From assembly GCF_006345805.1 (NCBI RefSeq), contig NC_042998.1, positions 194,184,001-194,248,000 on the forward strand: a stretch of DNA of 64,000 nt. The letters run 5' to 3'. Positions 26,097 to 39,257 of this stretch are shown here, one piece after another (within the stretch, counting starts at the first letter, position 1; the number at the start of each line of letters is the position of its first letter). The notes under the pieces were generated by a model that saw nothing but the letters and a program-made list of their open reading frames with translations, did no database searches and was not told the DNA's origin. Made by a program: the position numbers and the translations under genes. The stretch is from Octopus sinensis (lineage: Eukaryota).

Positions 26097-27167
26097 TCTT
26101 AATCAAAACAACTCGGTAACTTTCAGTGTATATATGTATGTATGTAGGTATGTATGTATGTAGGTAGGTAGGTAGGTAGGTAGGTGAGTGTTTGTCTGTT
26201 TGTGTGTGGGAGGGGTTGCTAAAAGACATGCTAAACAAACGGAAAGTAATCAAAGAGAGCCAATTCAATTTTGGAAGCCCTAAAAAGAAAACCTAGCCTT
26301 TGTAGATACTATTTTCGTAATTTAATGTCGTAACGTCTAGGAACGAGTTGACAGAATTGGTAAAGTAGTAGAGAAATTTTACTTTTCTTCTTCCCAGAAT
26401 TCGATAAAATAATGTAATGAAATACTAATCAAATACCGGGATTGATTTCACCACATAAACACTCTCACTCAGTTTAGGGGTCTGTGACATTTTTCTTTCG
26501 TTTTTTTTTTTTTGCTTTAGAAATGCAAAATCGATAGAACGTCGAATAAAATACCTTGTGGTGTTATTTTTATGTCCTCTTATGCTTTAAGTTCAAATCG
26601 CAGCTGAAATAAATAAAACTTTCCCTTCACTTGGAGTTAATTAAATAAGAATCAGGTATATCCTCAAGGTAATTTGGTTAACAATACTCCAAATGGTAAA
26701 TGTGTGACGTGACGTTTGTAGACAAAACAATAATCATTATTGAATGAGTTTAGCGTCGTATTATATTAAAAATAGGTTTCGTTTGAGCAAAAATAATGAT
26801 TCGGTTTCAATTAACGTACTATTAGTTTTCGTTTGCTTCATTTACATCCTTGAGAACAGTATAAATACAGGCATTGTCCTCGTGTAATAACAAAAAGCAT
26901 TATATTATAAAGCCATGGAATATTAATATATATGAATTAATTATAAAGGTAAGCAGAGAAAGGTAGATTATCAAGTGACCGTTGTAAAGGAATTATAATA
27001 GAGCAGCAGCTCGTGACGTTTAGATTAGAGCAGTAAAAATTGGTATAGTAAATATCTTATTAAAACATCGAAAATTTTTCAACAAATTTTATAAATACAA
27101 TTACCAAATAAGTGTATTTTGTAGATATAAACTACACTGTACTTAAAATAGGCAACACATTTGTATA

Positions 27168-28607
27168 TCACAACCCAAGATGTTTCTGACTTCGCGGTGG
27201 CTGACATTCGAAGGATTTTTTACTGTTAATTATTTCCCTGTGTAATTTGTTCATTTCTTTGGCAGATTTACAGAAAATGAAAAGAAGTTTGGCATTGATA
27301 CACACATTGGCAGTCTTCATAAGAAGATGGAAATTTTCGTCTTGAATTGGTTTTATTTGCAGACGATCGCTAAGCAAACCTATATAAGCGTCCTCAACAG
27401 CAATAGGGAAAACTAGCTTTGAAACGTATGACATTCTCTGGATTACATCAGCCGAAAATAAATATTGAGGTCCGTTTAGATAATCCGGAAAAATATAGTG
27501 ATGAAAAGCTATCTTGGGAACATACCTGGGGTTTGCACGATCTCTATTTGGCTGGTCATTTTTCACTACTCTGCCTAAATAGACATTTTTAGTAGCTGTG
27601 TATTTAGTTCGTAACCATTCGTGGAAAGCGGCCACATTTATGTAAATATTATCCACAGTTTTAAGGACCAACTTCGGGACCTTACAATAATTTTGTAATT
27701 GACTAAACCAAAATAAAGTCATCATAAATTTTGTTGTCTCAGAGCGTTTGTGATCCTTAAAATCCCCCTGAAGTATATCCTGAAATTCTTCTTCCGATTC
27801 CAAGGTATCTTTATCAAATTCCGACTTTCCAACTACAAATATTACGTACATTTCTTTGGGTAAATCTTTAAGCCAGGTCTTTCGAATTATCTGCCTTTCG
27901 TAAATATTTTCCGGTCTCGAGAATATCAAAATCAAAATTCGCGCACGGTATTTCTGGCACCATCTCATATCAGGTTCTCTTCTTATAAAAATTGGATTAT
28001 TTTTCATTTGATAACTTTTTCCGTTTCTCTTTTCCTGGGACTTCAATTTTAATTCTTGGTCGGCAATTGGCTTTTCAATGAATTTTTCTTTAAATATATG
28101 CTCTTCCTGATAACTTTTTCCGTTTCTCTTTTCCTGGGACTTCAATTTTAATTCTCGGTCGGCAATTGGCTTTTCAATGAATTTTTCTTTAAATATATGC
28201 TCTTCCTTATTTTCAGATAATAAATTCATATTCTTCTCCTCCATCTGGTTTCTTTCTAAAGCTTCCTCGTTCTTGATTTCAGATTCAGCAAACTTTTGAT
28301 TTAACTCAAGCATGTTCTGTTCTATGGCATCATTATTTTCTCGCCGAAAATCCCTGGGTATTTCATCAACCATAACTCGTTTGCTGACATCTATCACCGG
28401 CTGTGAACCTCTTCTTTTGCCAAATACTTCATTCCGTTTTGGTAATGTTGGAGCATATTTAAACTGCTTTTGAGTACTAAGGTTCAATGTTTGTTGTTTG
28501 TGATGGAGTTTCTTGAGATATACTGAGAGAGTAATATACGTTAAAAGTGGAGCTACAAAGATGAGGAAATAACGAGACTTTCTGTCTAAAGCCATGACAG
28601 AAATCAT
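27168..28607 (-). CDS. GT31 family beta-1,3-galactosyltransferase-like type II membrane protein, intronless, 479 aa
   Basis: N-terminal signal anchor (YFLIFVAPLLTYITLSVYL), long stem, then Galactosyl_T-type motifs: ERQIIRKTW, VIFVVGK, DILQGDFKD, LVLKTVDNIYIN, FPDYLNGPQYLFS, EDAYIG. Confidence 0.92.
   Translation of the reverse strand: MISVMALDRKSRYFLIFVAPLLTYITLSVYLKKLHHKQQTLNLSTQKQFKYAPTLPKRNEVFGKRRGSQPVIDVSKRVMVDEIPRDFRRENNDAIEQNMLELNQKFAESEIKNEEALERNQMEEKNMNLLSENKEEHIFKEKFIEKPIADRELKLKSQEKRNGKSYQEEHIFKEKFIEKPIADQELKLKSQEKRNGKSYQMKNNPIFIRREPDMRWCQKYRARILILIFSRPENIYERQIIRKTWLKDLPKEMYVIFVVGKSEFDKDTLESEEEFQDILQGDFKDHKRSETTKFMMTLFWFSQLQNYCKVPKLVLKTVDNIYINVAAFHEWLRTKYTATKNVYLGRVVKNDQPNRDRANPRYVPKIAFHHYIFPDYLNGPQYLFSADVIQRMSYVSKLVFPIAVEDAYIGLLSDRLQIKPIQDENFHLLMKTANVCINAKLLFIFCKSAKEMNKLHREIINSKKSFECQPPRSQKHLGL
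28009..28206 (-). repeat. In-frame 99-bp tandem duplication within the GT31 stem region
   Basis: 28009-28107 and 28108-28206 differ at one base; the protein is EEHIFKEKFIEKPIAD(R/Q)ELKLKSQEKRNGKSYQ twice. Confidence 0.96.
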
Positions 28608-29320
28608 TAGAGAGAATGTGTGTAAGCAATAGATTTCATTGGTGAGTTGTCATTGTATTAGATATGATCAATGTTAAGACATATGTTCTAGTATCACACG
28701 CTTCACCTTCAGCTGAATGATGTGGATCAGGAAAAGCAGAAGCGTCAGAAGGCATAATGATAATCAATTTTAAGGTCAGGAACAATGCAAATAAAATATT
28801 TTTTAACTGCCTGAAAAAACAACGAATACAATTCTTTATTGAGTAATATTGATTGCCTTAGATTAAGAGACAATGAGAGAAGAAAAGGAAAAAAGGTATT
28901 TTTCACGAAGACATATATGAGACGTGGCTTAATTTCAAAATTAGTTTTAACAGATTTCATTGAAATGCAATTATGTTGCTTGCCTCTAAAAATCTTTTAA
29001 TATCAAAAACTGCTTCTTTTCGTGAACATAACATTATCTTTAATCTTTCGTGAACATAACATATCTTTAATCTTCACGTGCTCTAATATTAATTTTTAAT
29101 TATTTCTAACATAGATACAAGGGCTCAGTATTTCAAAGAAGGGTATCGCCGATTAAATCAACCCCAGTATTTGACTCTTTTTTTTTTTTAATCCAAGAGT
29201 ATTAAAGACAAAACCAATCTTGTCAAGGATCGAACTCAGAACACAATGAGACGGAACTATTGTAAATATCACAAGGCTTTTCTAATTTTGACAATTCATC
29301 ACTCTGACTATTCCTATATT

Positions 29321-29706
29321 TATTTCTTTATTGCCCACAGGGGGCTAAACATATAGCGGACAAACAAAGGGATTAAATCGATTACATACACTCCAGTGCG
29401 CAACTGGTACTTATCTAATCGACCCCGAAAGGATGAAAGGTAATGTCGACCTCGGCGGAATTGGAACTCAGAGCATAACAACAGACGAAATACCTATTTC
29501 TTTATTACCCACAAGGGGCTAAACATAGAGGGGACAAAAAAGGACGGACAAACGGATTAAGTGCGTAACTGGTACTTAATTCATCGACCCCGAAAGGATG
29601 AAAGGCAAAGTCGACCTCGGCGGAATTTGAACTCAGAACGTAACGGCAGACGAAATACGGCTACGCATTTCGCACGGCGTGCTAACGTTTCTGCCAGCTC
29701 GCCGCC
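29321..29706 (-). mobile_element. SINE family A with two body modules
   Basis: Head reverse complement ends at 29706; module junction GAAATACCTATTTCTTT at ~29490. Confidence 0.88.
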
Positions 29707-30064
29707 GACCTTTAATAACTATATATACCGTCCTGCTACGCCATTGCCTTCATATACTACGCAATGGTGACACAAATGAATAGGCGATTTAAACCTATTG
29801 GCTATAACAAACAGCAGCTGTTAAGTTTGTTTTTTTTGTTGTTTTTCGACCTGAAACACGGTACGGAACATATACATCAGAGTTCATAGTGTCATATTGA
29901 AATATGTGGTCTCCAGCCCCAACAACATCACTACATCATTTTTCTCATTTTCTTACACTTAGATGATAAAGGAAGGCCCGAAATTTTACACCTTATTTTC
30001 TTCACGATATCAAACTGTTGCCGAGACTGACCATCACCAGTATACTTCTTTATAACCTTTGTTA

Positions 30065-30390
30065 TGAGAAGGCGCGTGGCTTAGTGGTTAGGAGCATTTG
30101 GTTCACAATCATAAGGCCATAAGTTCGATTCCCGGCAGTGGATTGTGTCCTTGAGCAAGACACTTTATTTCACATTACTCCAGTCCACTCAGCTGGCAAA
30201 AATGAGTAGTACCTGTATGAGTAGTACCAGCCTTGTCACATCGTGTGTCACGCTGAATCTCCCTGAGAACTAGTTATGGGTACACGTGTCTGTGGAGTGC
30301 TCAGCCATTTGCACGTTAATTTCACGAGAAAGCTGTTCCGTTGATCGGATCAACTGGAACCCTCGTCGTCGCAACCGACGGAGTGCCATA
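30065..30390 (+). mobile_element. tRNA-derived SINE family D with 11-bp TSD
   Basis: A box TGGCTTAGTGG, B box AGTTCGATTCCC, CORE-like CCTTGAGCAAG. AACCTTTGTTA at 30054-30064 and 30391-30401. Confidence 0.82.
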
Positions 30391-33129
30391 AACCTTTGTT
30401 ACAAAAACATCACGACGTGATATAGAACTCATAACTGTGTACAAACAGTTAAGACTAGACAAATATATCAGTGGTTTGAACATTTAAATAAATATAAAGT
30501 TAAGCATAAAGAAAGTTGCCTGGAAATAATTATGTGGCGAGGAAAAGACAATATTGATTTCAAATTTTGGCACAAGGCCAGCAGAATCGATTAAACTGAC
30601 CCCAGTACTCAACTGATATTTATTTTATCACCCCCCCTCCAAAAAAAAATAAGAATGAAAGCCAAAGTTGACCACGACGGAATTTGAGCTCAGAACGAAA
30701 AGGCGGGTGAAAAGCCGCTAAGCATTTTGACCGGTATGTTAACGATTCTGCCAGCTCACCGCTCTAGGAAAATGCATTATTAATCATTGATTAATATTAT
30801 TTTCGTTTTTTTTCAGCAAGTAGGGGGAGTAACATCGGTAAAGCACAGATTTTACCGTATTTGTCAAAATAGTGATAAAAAAAATCACCTAATAGATGTG
30901 ATCTGATCCTAACGTGGCGTAAAAAAAAACATACACGCCGACTATAAAGTTTGTTTCACTAAATTTGTTGTAAAACAACTTTTGAAAGAAAGAAAATGTG
31001 GTTAATCGATCGATATTTTGACTGAGATTAATTTCATTGACTTTTAGCCCAGACAGAACATCGCTACTCTTTAAAATGACTAACATTTTAGCACAAGATT
31101 AGATATTTTATTTATGATTTAAAAAAAGACAGTGGATTTGGCAAAATGTGTAGGACGCCCGACAGCAAAATGCTTCTCAATTACGTCTCTTTGCATTCAT
31201 AGTTCAAATCCTTCCGAGGTCGACTTCGCCTTTTATCAAATACTACTTACAAATTGGTTTCACAAATATCAAAAATCGATTAAAACAATTTGGGTTTGTC
31301 GGACATTGTGCGTTAAAAAGACGTACGCTTCTATGAAAACTCAGAGTACACACATTCAATGTGTCGAAGAGTATAACAGTTGGATACTGTGAGACTACTG
31401 TAAAATCTTTAGTCAGATGGATCAAAAATTTAATAATTGGCTCTGATGGCCAAGAGTACGCCGTACAAAATAAAAGTTCCACCCAGATTGCATGAATCAG
31501 ATGGTTAATTCTGGTGGATAGCAATGTGATTGTTTGGAGCCGCGTATCTGGAAAAGGAATTGATGTCATACATAATATTAAGAACATCATAATATTTCAG
31601 GTGTTTGAAGGCGGCGAGCTGGCAGGAATGTTAGCCAGCCGGGCGAAATGCTTTGCGGTATTTCGTCTGCCGTTACGTTCTGAGTTCAAATTCCGCCGAG
31701 GTCGACTTTGCCTTTCATCCTTTCGGGGGTCGATTAAACCTCAACTTTTCGACGGGGTTATAATTTAGCCGCTCCGATTTGGCTCTTATCTTGTAGGCCA
31801 ATGATGAAAAACATTCATTCAAGCCATAATTATTTCGTCTCTTTCAGCAATAGGTATGCTTCGGACTACACTATCCAATATGCCGTTTATTGTCTTTGTT
31901 TTACGACGGTAAGATTTGATGCCAGAGAGATTTGGTTACTATTTCTAATAGACCAACAGGTTTTTCCTTTTGTAAAAGACAACGTGGCGTTTTATAGAGA
32001 AACAGGAAGTTGACAGTCCAAGAAATCGATACTAACAACTAATCTGAAAATAATTAGATATATTGTTCAAATATTAATTTATTATATTGATATAATAAAT
32101 TAATAATAAATTAATATCGTATATTGATATACGATCACAAAATAGATTTGTAAACTTTATTACAGGACCAGTATTTGGTTAAACCGACCCTTGAATAACT
32201 GTTCTGATTTAGAGGGTTAGTCGATACCATCTGATACTTTATTGACTGATACTTTATTTTATCCCTGAACGAATGAAAGGGTTCGATAAATATAAAGACT
32301 AGCTGCCTTTTGACCATAGATTAATGTAAGATAAAGTCGACCCTAGTAGAATCTAAATTCTGAACATAGCCAAATGTGCCTTACTACTAGAATGTGGATT
32401 GTCTGATAGTCTATAGTTTCTGCCATCGACTGCATGACGAAACAAAATATATAATCGTTATGTAAACTCTTTTGCTTCGGGGTTTTTAAATATCCTTTCT
32501 ACTATAAGCACAGGGCCTGGAATTTGGGGGTGGGGAAAAGTCGATCACATCCACCCCAGCACTCAACTTGTACGTTATTTAACCGACCCCGAAAGGATGA
32601 AAGGCAAAATCGACCTCGGTGGAATTTGAACTCAGAGCCACAAAGTATTTTGTCCGGCGTTCTAACAATTCTGCCAGCTCGCCGCCTTCCTAACCCTAAC
32701 CCTAACCCTAACCCTAACTATCAATGCTTGAAATGATACGCAAATGTGAGACGTGGAAAAAAAATGTCCGATCGAGATGCACTCTTAAATAGGTGATATG
32801 CTACTAGCGCCCTCCTGGGTGTCGTTTAATTGTTACACTTAGTAAGTTAACAAAGGGGGGGAGCTAACCACGTTCACTTGGCATGTTCTAGAATGTTCCA
32901 GATAACTCTCGTTGATCCCCAACGAATATTTTGTGAGCATGCGAACCTGCTTCAAATAGCGTTACCTACATCGGTAACAATCAGTCCTTCGAGTTTATCT
33001 GTAACATTTATATTCATTCTGTGTGTATTTTTGTTGAAATCGAAGCCTCATATCATGGGTACTATTTAAAATGTCCGGCATAGCTTATGACAGGCCTCGT
33101 TGGTTTACTGACCAGTATAAAATGTAAAT

Positions 33130-33435
33130 GTGGAGGCGCAATGGCCTAGTGGTTAGGGCAGCGGACTCGCGGTTGCAGGATCGCGGATTCGATTCCCAGA
33201 CCGGGCGTTGTGTGTGTTTATTGAGCGAAAACACCTAAAAAGCTCCACGAGGCTCCGGCAGGGGGTGGTGATCCCTGCTGTACTCTTTCACCACTCTTTC
33301 TCCCACTCTTTCTTCTGTTGGCCTGCTCGCTTAGCCAGCAGGGTGGCGTCATTCGAAGGCTAAAACAATGCGAACGCATTGTGACCAGCGATGTGTAACA
33401 ACATCTGATGGTCTGGTCGGTCACGTGATCACGTG
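33130..33435 (+). mobile_element. SINE family B with 13-bp TSD
   Basis: ATAAAATGTAAAT at 33117-33129 and 33436-33448; tail of (TCACGTGA)2. Confidence 0.92.
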
Positions 33436-34699
33436 ATAAAATGTAAATAAAATTATTGTCCAATCTCATCTGATAGCTTTGTTTATTATGATGGACAGAA
33501 TTTATAATTTTCTATCGGAAAAATAGCGTAATAATGGATGAAGAATATGTATTTCTCTGTTTCAAAGCTCTTAAAAATATCATTAAATCCGGGACAACTT
33601 CGGCAGAACCTATGGAGATATATAGTATTAATATAGATTAAGCATGCTTTTAAAGAAATTATCTTGAACAAGTTTCTTCCTTGAAACTTTTGCTCTCTTT
33701 TCTTGTATGTGTGATTCTAACTGAAACAAACGTGAATTAAGCCGAAGCCGGCAAATTGATCTCTCAATAAAAGCTAAACAGACTGGAAGGCGCCTGTCTC
33801 GAAAAATACCCACATTCGTTTGTATATTTACATCTGCAGATTATAGAGATGTTTCTGAACTCTCTCTGTTACTTCACCTGTGGAAACCTTTTAGCAGAAT
33901 TCCGCTCAGCTACTGACTGCCAGAAAAACAGGCACAAAATGGTCCCTATATTGTCGTGTGGATTAGAGTTACAATACAAACAATAAGCGTTGTAACAATA
34001 ACAGTAATAATTAAACAGATGTTTCCTTTCAGACGATCTCCGACTTCGACATCAAGAGATTAGATACTTATCGTAATTCAGACAGACATAACAGCAACAT
34101 CTGGCCGCCATGAAATCACAAGAAAACCGAAATCGTGGACGACGACAGCGAGAGAATAAGAACATACACAAAGAATACTGAAAAATTCAATTGTCGCTCT
34201 TTTAAAACTAATTGAACAAACGCTATCTAATTACACTAGTCTTGATTCGATAGATTAAATTTCATATAATGATATCTGTTTATTACAAGAGGAATAAGAA
34301 AATACTAGTAATAAGTCTAATGTCTTTCAGATTACAACAGTTTAAAAGGAAGGGAGTTGAAATCCATTAATCGGTCGGAATTTTATTAATATATTTCACA
34401 TTAGTTCAATATTAATCTGTCGTTGTTAGTTTTGAACAATCCATGAGAAATACTGAGTGTTTTTAAACACAGTTCTTATGTAGTTTCACAATGTTTCCTC
34501 GATATTTTGTCAAGAAAGAATATATCCGTATGTCACCTGCTGCTAAAATTTGTGTGTATGTGCGCGCGCGTGCATGTAGTATGCATGTATGTCATTATTC
34601 AGTTTTATTTCAAGGTTTCTTGCCAACAGAGAAAAAGCCAGTTTCTAATCTAGATCCAAGACTCCTTCATTAAAATTTCAACAACATCAACAATATCAC

Positions 34700-35020
34700 C
34701 ATCAAAATACAGGACCAGATACTGCAACAGCTTGGGGTTCAGAGGACCACAGCTCTTCAATATCCTTCCTAAATGCCTGAGAGACCTGCATGGTGTGGAT
34801 GTGGGTCTCTTTAAAACTAAACTGGATCTCTTCTTGTCAGGGGTCCCAGATGAACCTACCTCTCGGCAGGAAACACAGATGCGGGCAGCGGCATCGAACT
34901 CCCTTGTTGATCAAGTGCCACCTATCAGAGGTGGTTTCACATACTAGTGTAGCTCATTCAACGGTGGTGCCCCAGCATGGCCGCAGCCTTCAGGCTGAAA
35001 CATTTTTAAGGATTTAAGGA
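34700..35020 (+). mobile_element. 3' end of CR1/L2-group LINE (ORF2 C-terminus, 3' stem-loop, short repeat tail)
   Basis: Reads RYCNSLGFRGPQLFNILPKCLRDL...FKTKLDLFLSGVPDEP, followed by GGTGCCCCAGCATGGCCGCAGCCTTCAGGCTGAAAC and (TTAAGGA)n. Confidence 0.7.
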
Positions 35021-35149
35021 TTAAGGGAATTTTTGCATGCATGTGTATATATTTGCATTATTTGAAATCAATGCATGTGCAGATTTCTATGTTTCGTTTT
35101 ATGTATATATTCTTATGCATACAGCATATCTAGGCATGCGCATATATAC

Positions 35150-35620
35150 TTAAATGATAAATTTCTGGAGAGTTTTACAAATTCTTACAGTTCCAGCGAT
35201 AGCTTGGATCTGTAGTCTTCGAATCAGCTTTCTCCTTTCTGGTTTTGGGAAGCCTAATTTCTCAAGATCGGTATTTAAGCAGTGTGTTACATATCCCAGT
35301 GCTCCAACAATTACAGGTATAAACCTGAATTTATAATCTGGGTAGAGTAACTGCAGATTTCTCAATAGTTCAGCGTATTTTCTTTTTCACTAATCTTTAG
35401 CTTTATGCTAATATTTGCTGGGCGGCTGAATTCTACAATTTGTACACAGTTTATCTTCTCTATCCCAAATCACTATGTCAGGTCTATTGTGTTTACATTT
35501 TATGGGGATTTTCACTGGGATATTCCACCAGAACTCCTTATTATGAGTGGCTATGGGGTCTACAATACTGTAGGTTCTTATTTGCTCTTGAAATGTGTTT
35601 TTGTGCTTTCATGTATCTAT
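35150..35620 (-). mobile_element. R4/Dong-type RLE retrotransposon 3' fragment
   Basis: Minus strand reads EFWWNIPVK..KCKHNRPDIVIWD..., then RNLQLLYPDYKFRFIPVIVGALG...GTVRICKTLQKF* (PD-(D/E)xK-type endonuclease region). Confidence 0.7.
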
Positions 35621-35737
35621 AGGCGCAGTTACCCCGCTTGACAGCGGGGTTCAACAAACTAGATGGCGTTAAACACTAGAGCCTTTACGACTATCTCTTT
35701 CTGCATAGGAACGCGAAACTGTGAAGACATAATCTAA

Positions 35738-35807
<70 letters not shown>

Positions 35808-37229
35808 GACAGGGGGCAACGCACAGGAGAAGACCATGGCCTCCACGCATCAAACCATTTTCATAATATCATTCAGCTTGTGTATATACGTATGGCCACA
35901 TTAAAGGTATATAAAATCACAGCCTTGTTTTATGTATTCTTTATACAAGGTTTCCTCTCAAATGATATCACAGCCTTCTGAGTAGAATCACATTAAATGG
36001 AATACAACCTACCCCATCTAAATATCTATATTGTACCGTGTATGTTTAGAAATTGATATTTTCATGTATAAAGGTGAACGTTTTGCTTATTCTTTATTTT
36101 CTTGTGCATTTTTTTTTCGAAAATGTCTGTAGGAAAGCAATCTCACTTGATGTTACGAAAATCAACAGAAAAATTAATTCTACATTACAGAATTTCGCGT
36201 TACGGTTAGATTTTCATTCCTGTAATTCGTCAGCACCTGACATAATAAATTGTTGGAAACAAGTATGCCATCCTACGCGATTAGACTCTCTTTTTAAAGT
36301 TTGAAAATTGTTCTTTGCCGTCTCTGATTAAACACAACTTCTGCTTCAAAGGACTGCTCAGTATTTACTGTTTATATTTTCTTTTGTTTTTAGCGAATCA
36401 TACTTAACATCAAATCGTGATCTGAACCAACATCTTTCCCGCAGAAGTTACTGACATTTTACAAGGATGACCACCATCAAACACATGCAGTTGACCTCAT
36501 TACTCATGTCACTGCACGATGAAGTCCATGTAGATTTGTAGATACACTTGAGGGTAAAAAATATGTTACTGACACTGAGCTCGCAGAGGCTACTCAACTC
36601 CGACAGCTTCTAACCGTTGTTTACTACTTGGCAATGACCTCAGACATTACTATAGTACCTTATGGGAAATTCAGGCTCAGCTACCTCCGACGGACAGTAC
36701 TCGGAAATGGGCCTTTAAGAAGGTTACGATTCCTTTTCGACGTCGGAATTCCAGGTCGGTACTCGGCATAACCGGTTCCAGACTCTACTGAAAAAGGGAT
36801 GAGGATTGAACGTGAGGTAGACAACCTTGCCTTTAGTACAATTGTTACAGAAATGGTGACGTGTAGATTCAACCAATCAAAGCTTTGATTATGCGAGATA
36901 AAATGTATCGTATCAGTGTCTCACACACACGAACCCATACCCACACACTCACAAACATACGTATGTCACACATATATGCACACATACACACACACACACA
37001 CACAATTGAAAGCATTCCACTACACCTGTGCCATTATTATTCATGAGAAAAGCATGGACTTCACAGTACAGACATCACCATTCTTCTGCAAATCTGGTTA
37101 AGTCCCTTTCTAGCGACGAGTAAGACTTTAAGTGTTTTGTCGATATACGGGCAACACGCGCGCGCGCGAACATGTATGCGTACAAAAAACATGTATGCTA
37201 TAGCTGTACGTACGTAGTATGTGTGTGTG

Positions 37230-37309
<80 letters not shown>

Positions 37310-37555
37310 AGTTAAGACTTAGTTGTAATCTGAACGTAACCGCTTCTGACACAGAGGATCGGGAGCCCTTTTGGGCATTTTATGTTCCTTGCTAGAAGGG
37401 TTCCCAACCCATGGACAAAGGGGGTTAGATGATGAGGGTCGTGTTTTCAAAGGGCTGGCATGTGCAACCTGATCACCTGTGCCGATCAAACTGCCAACCC
37501 AAGCGCTCCCGTCACGACACTGATTCTGCAGAACTGGGTTGGGTGGGAAAACCAA

Positions 37556-38042
37556 CTTTAAATATAAATATAGATGTTTTTGAATCAGCAATGTTGTGTT
37601 CGGTGAAGTCCTATTTGGGGTGAAAAATCAATAAACTGATTCCTTATGGGGTTTTCCATTTAATCAGGATTTTAAAAAATCGATAAACCGATTCCTTATA
37701 AGATTTCCCAATAAAATCGGCTACACCCCATTTTCAACCATAACGTCTACCAAATTTGATGTATTTTGTTCAAACTTTATGGCAGCATTACTTAGGACTC
37801 ATGGGATCTTTGAATGCTTTAAGTTCTCCAAAAACAAAAACAACAAAAAAATCGATAAACCGATTCCTTATTTGATTCCCCAATCAAAATGTCTGCAACA
37901 CATTTTCAACCAAAAGTTTACCAATTTCAACAGATTTCGCTCAAATTTGACGTCGATGTTATTTAGTTTGGTTTGAAATAAAGAACTTGATTAGCTTAAT
38001 AATCCTGACGTAATCCCGGGCAAAGCCGGGCTATACTGCTAG
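37556..38042 (+). mobile_element. Non-autonomous Helitron-like element
   Basis: 3' hairpin CCCGGGCAAAGCCGGG followed by CTATACTGCTAG|T, like the ends at 5120 and 6041. The 5' boundary is approximate. Confidence 0.6.
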
Positions 38043-38275
38043 TATCTTTTATAGATGCGCTGTGTTAATAACACAGTAAATATCGGAGGTAAATGAAAAT
38101 CGTGTAAGCAGCGGCTAATGAGAACGCTAGACGCATTTCTTCCTCACAGGACATTGTCGGTAGCATGTACTTAACAACTAACTGCGTGCCAAAGCGAAAC
38201 TTGTCGCCACCGATATAGGAAGACAGTAAATGAAGTCACCGAAGTTGCAAATAGCTGCACAGTTGAATACACACA

Positions 38276-38326
<51 letters not shown>

Positions 38327-38480
38327 TACATACACACACACACACACACAAAACGCAGTCCTCAGGATCGCCAGCTCCTGTCGAACCGTCAAGACCATGC
38401 CAGCATGGAAAACAGACGTTAAATGCTGCTGCTGCTGCTAATGATGATGGTGGTGGTGGTGGTGGTGGTGGTGGTGATGG

Positions 38481-38518
<38 letters not shown>

Positions 38519-39257
38519 CGTCTAAGAATTCATGAGTCAGGAACAAAAAGGGACTCGTGTAGTTTGAAATAGTTGGGTATCTTAATATACAATTATTATA
38601 GTATTATATACCAAACCCATTTGAGTATCAAGTATGAATTATTGTAGAACAAAGTATCATAGAATTTGTGTTTTATTGGGTTATTCTTTGTCCCTAAAAG
38701 ATGGCATGAAAATATTTAAGTATCCCTCTTGAGTTTTTGCTTGTGAGTCCCACACTCTAAACCACTGAAACAAACAACACTCGATCTAATTAAGCTAAAC
38801 AAATCCCAAAGTTGATAATTGCTTATGATAGATAGCGCATTACTGTCTCTCAATGAAGTAAAATTTGAAGACATAGCCAAGTAGAAGTCATCAAGAACTG
38901 GTCTTGTATGTGCAAAGAAGCAACCACGGGATAAACTGTAGAATATTCAGTTTACTGCATTATAGTATTGGACATGCAAATGTTAAATAGCGTTAAAGTG
39001 TGACGCAAGAATATTAATAAAGTCGGTAGTCATTCATGTGTATGCAACACCTGTATGTCCAACTACAGCAGCAATTGACGCGTGAAATCTTGTAAGTGTA
39101 CCTGAATAAATTAGCATGCCATATTCATTCGTGTTTAAGGCATACCCTTAATTCCCGGAAACGAAATCTCAGTAAAAATTTCTCTCGTTTATAATACGCA
39201 CTACACGCTAGTGCTAAAATAATTGTGGTTTTTGATACATACATACATACATACATA

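Noticed and set aside
36400-36900. Non-repetitive, moderately GC-rich stretch with two ~75-codon open frames
   Set aside because: No recognisable domain, no coherent start or splice signals, and no matching exons elsewhere in the window.
38178-38546. Poly-Ser/Pro/Ala and poly-Asp/Gly ORFs
   Set aside because: They derive from the (GAT)/(GGT)/(GCT) tail of an RTE 3' fragment plus (CA)n.
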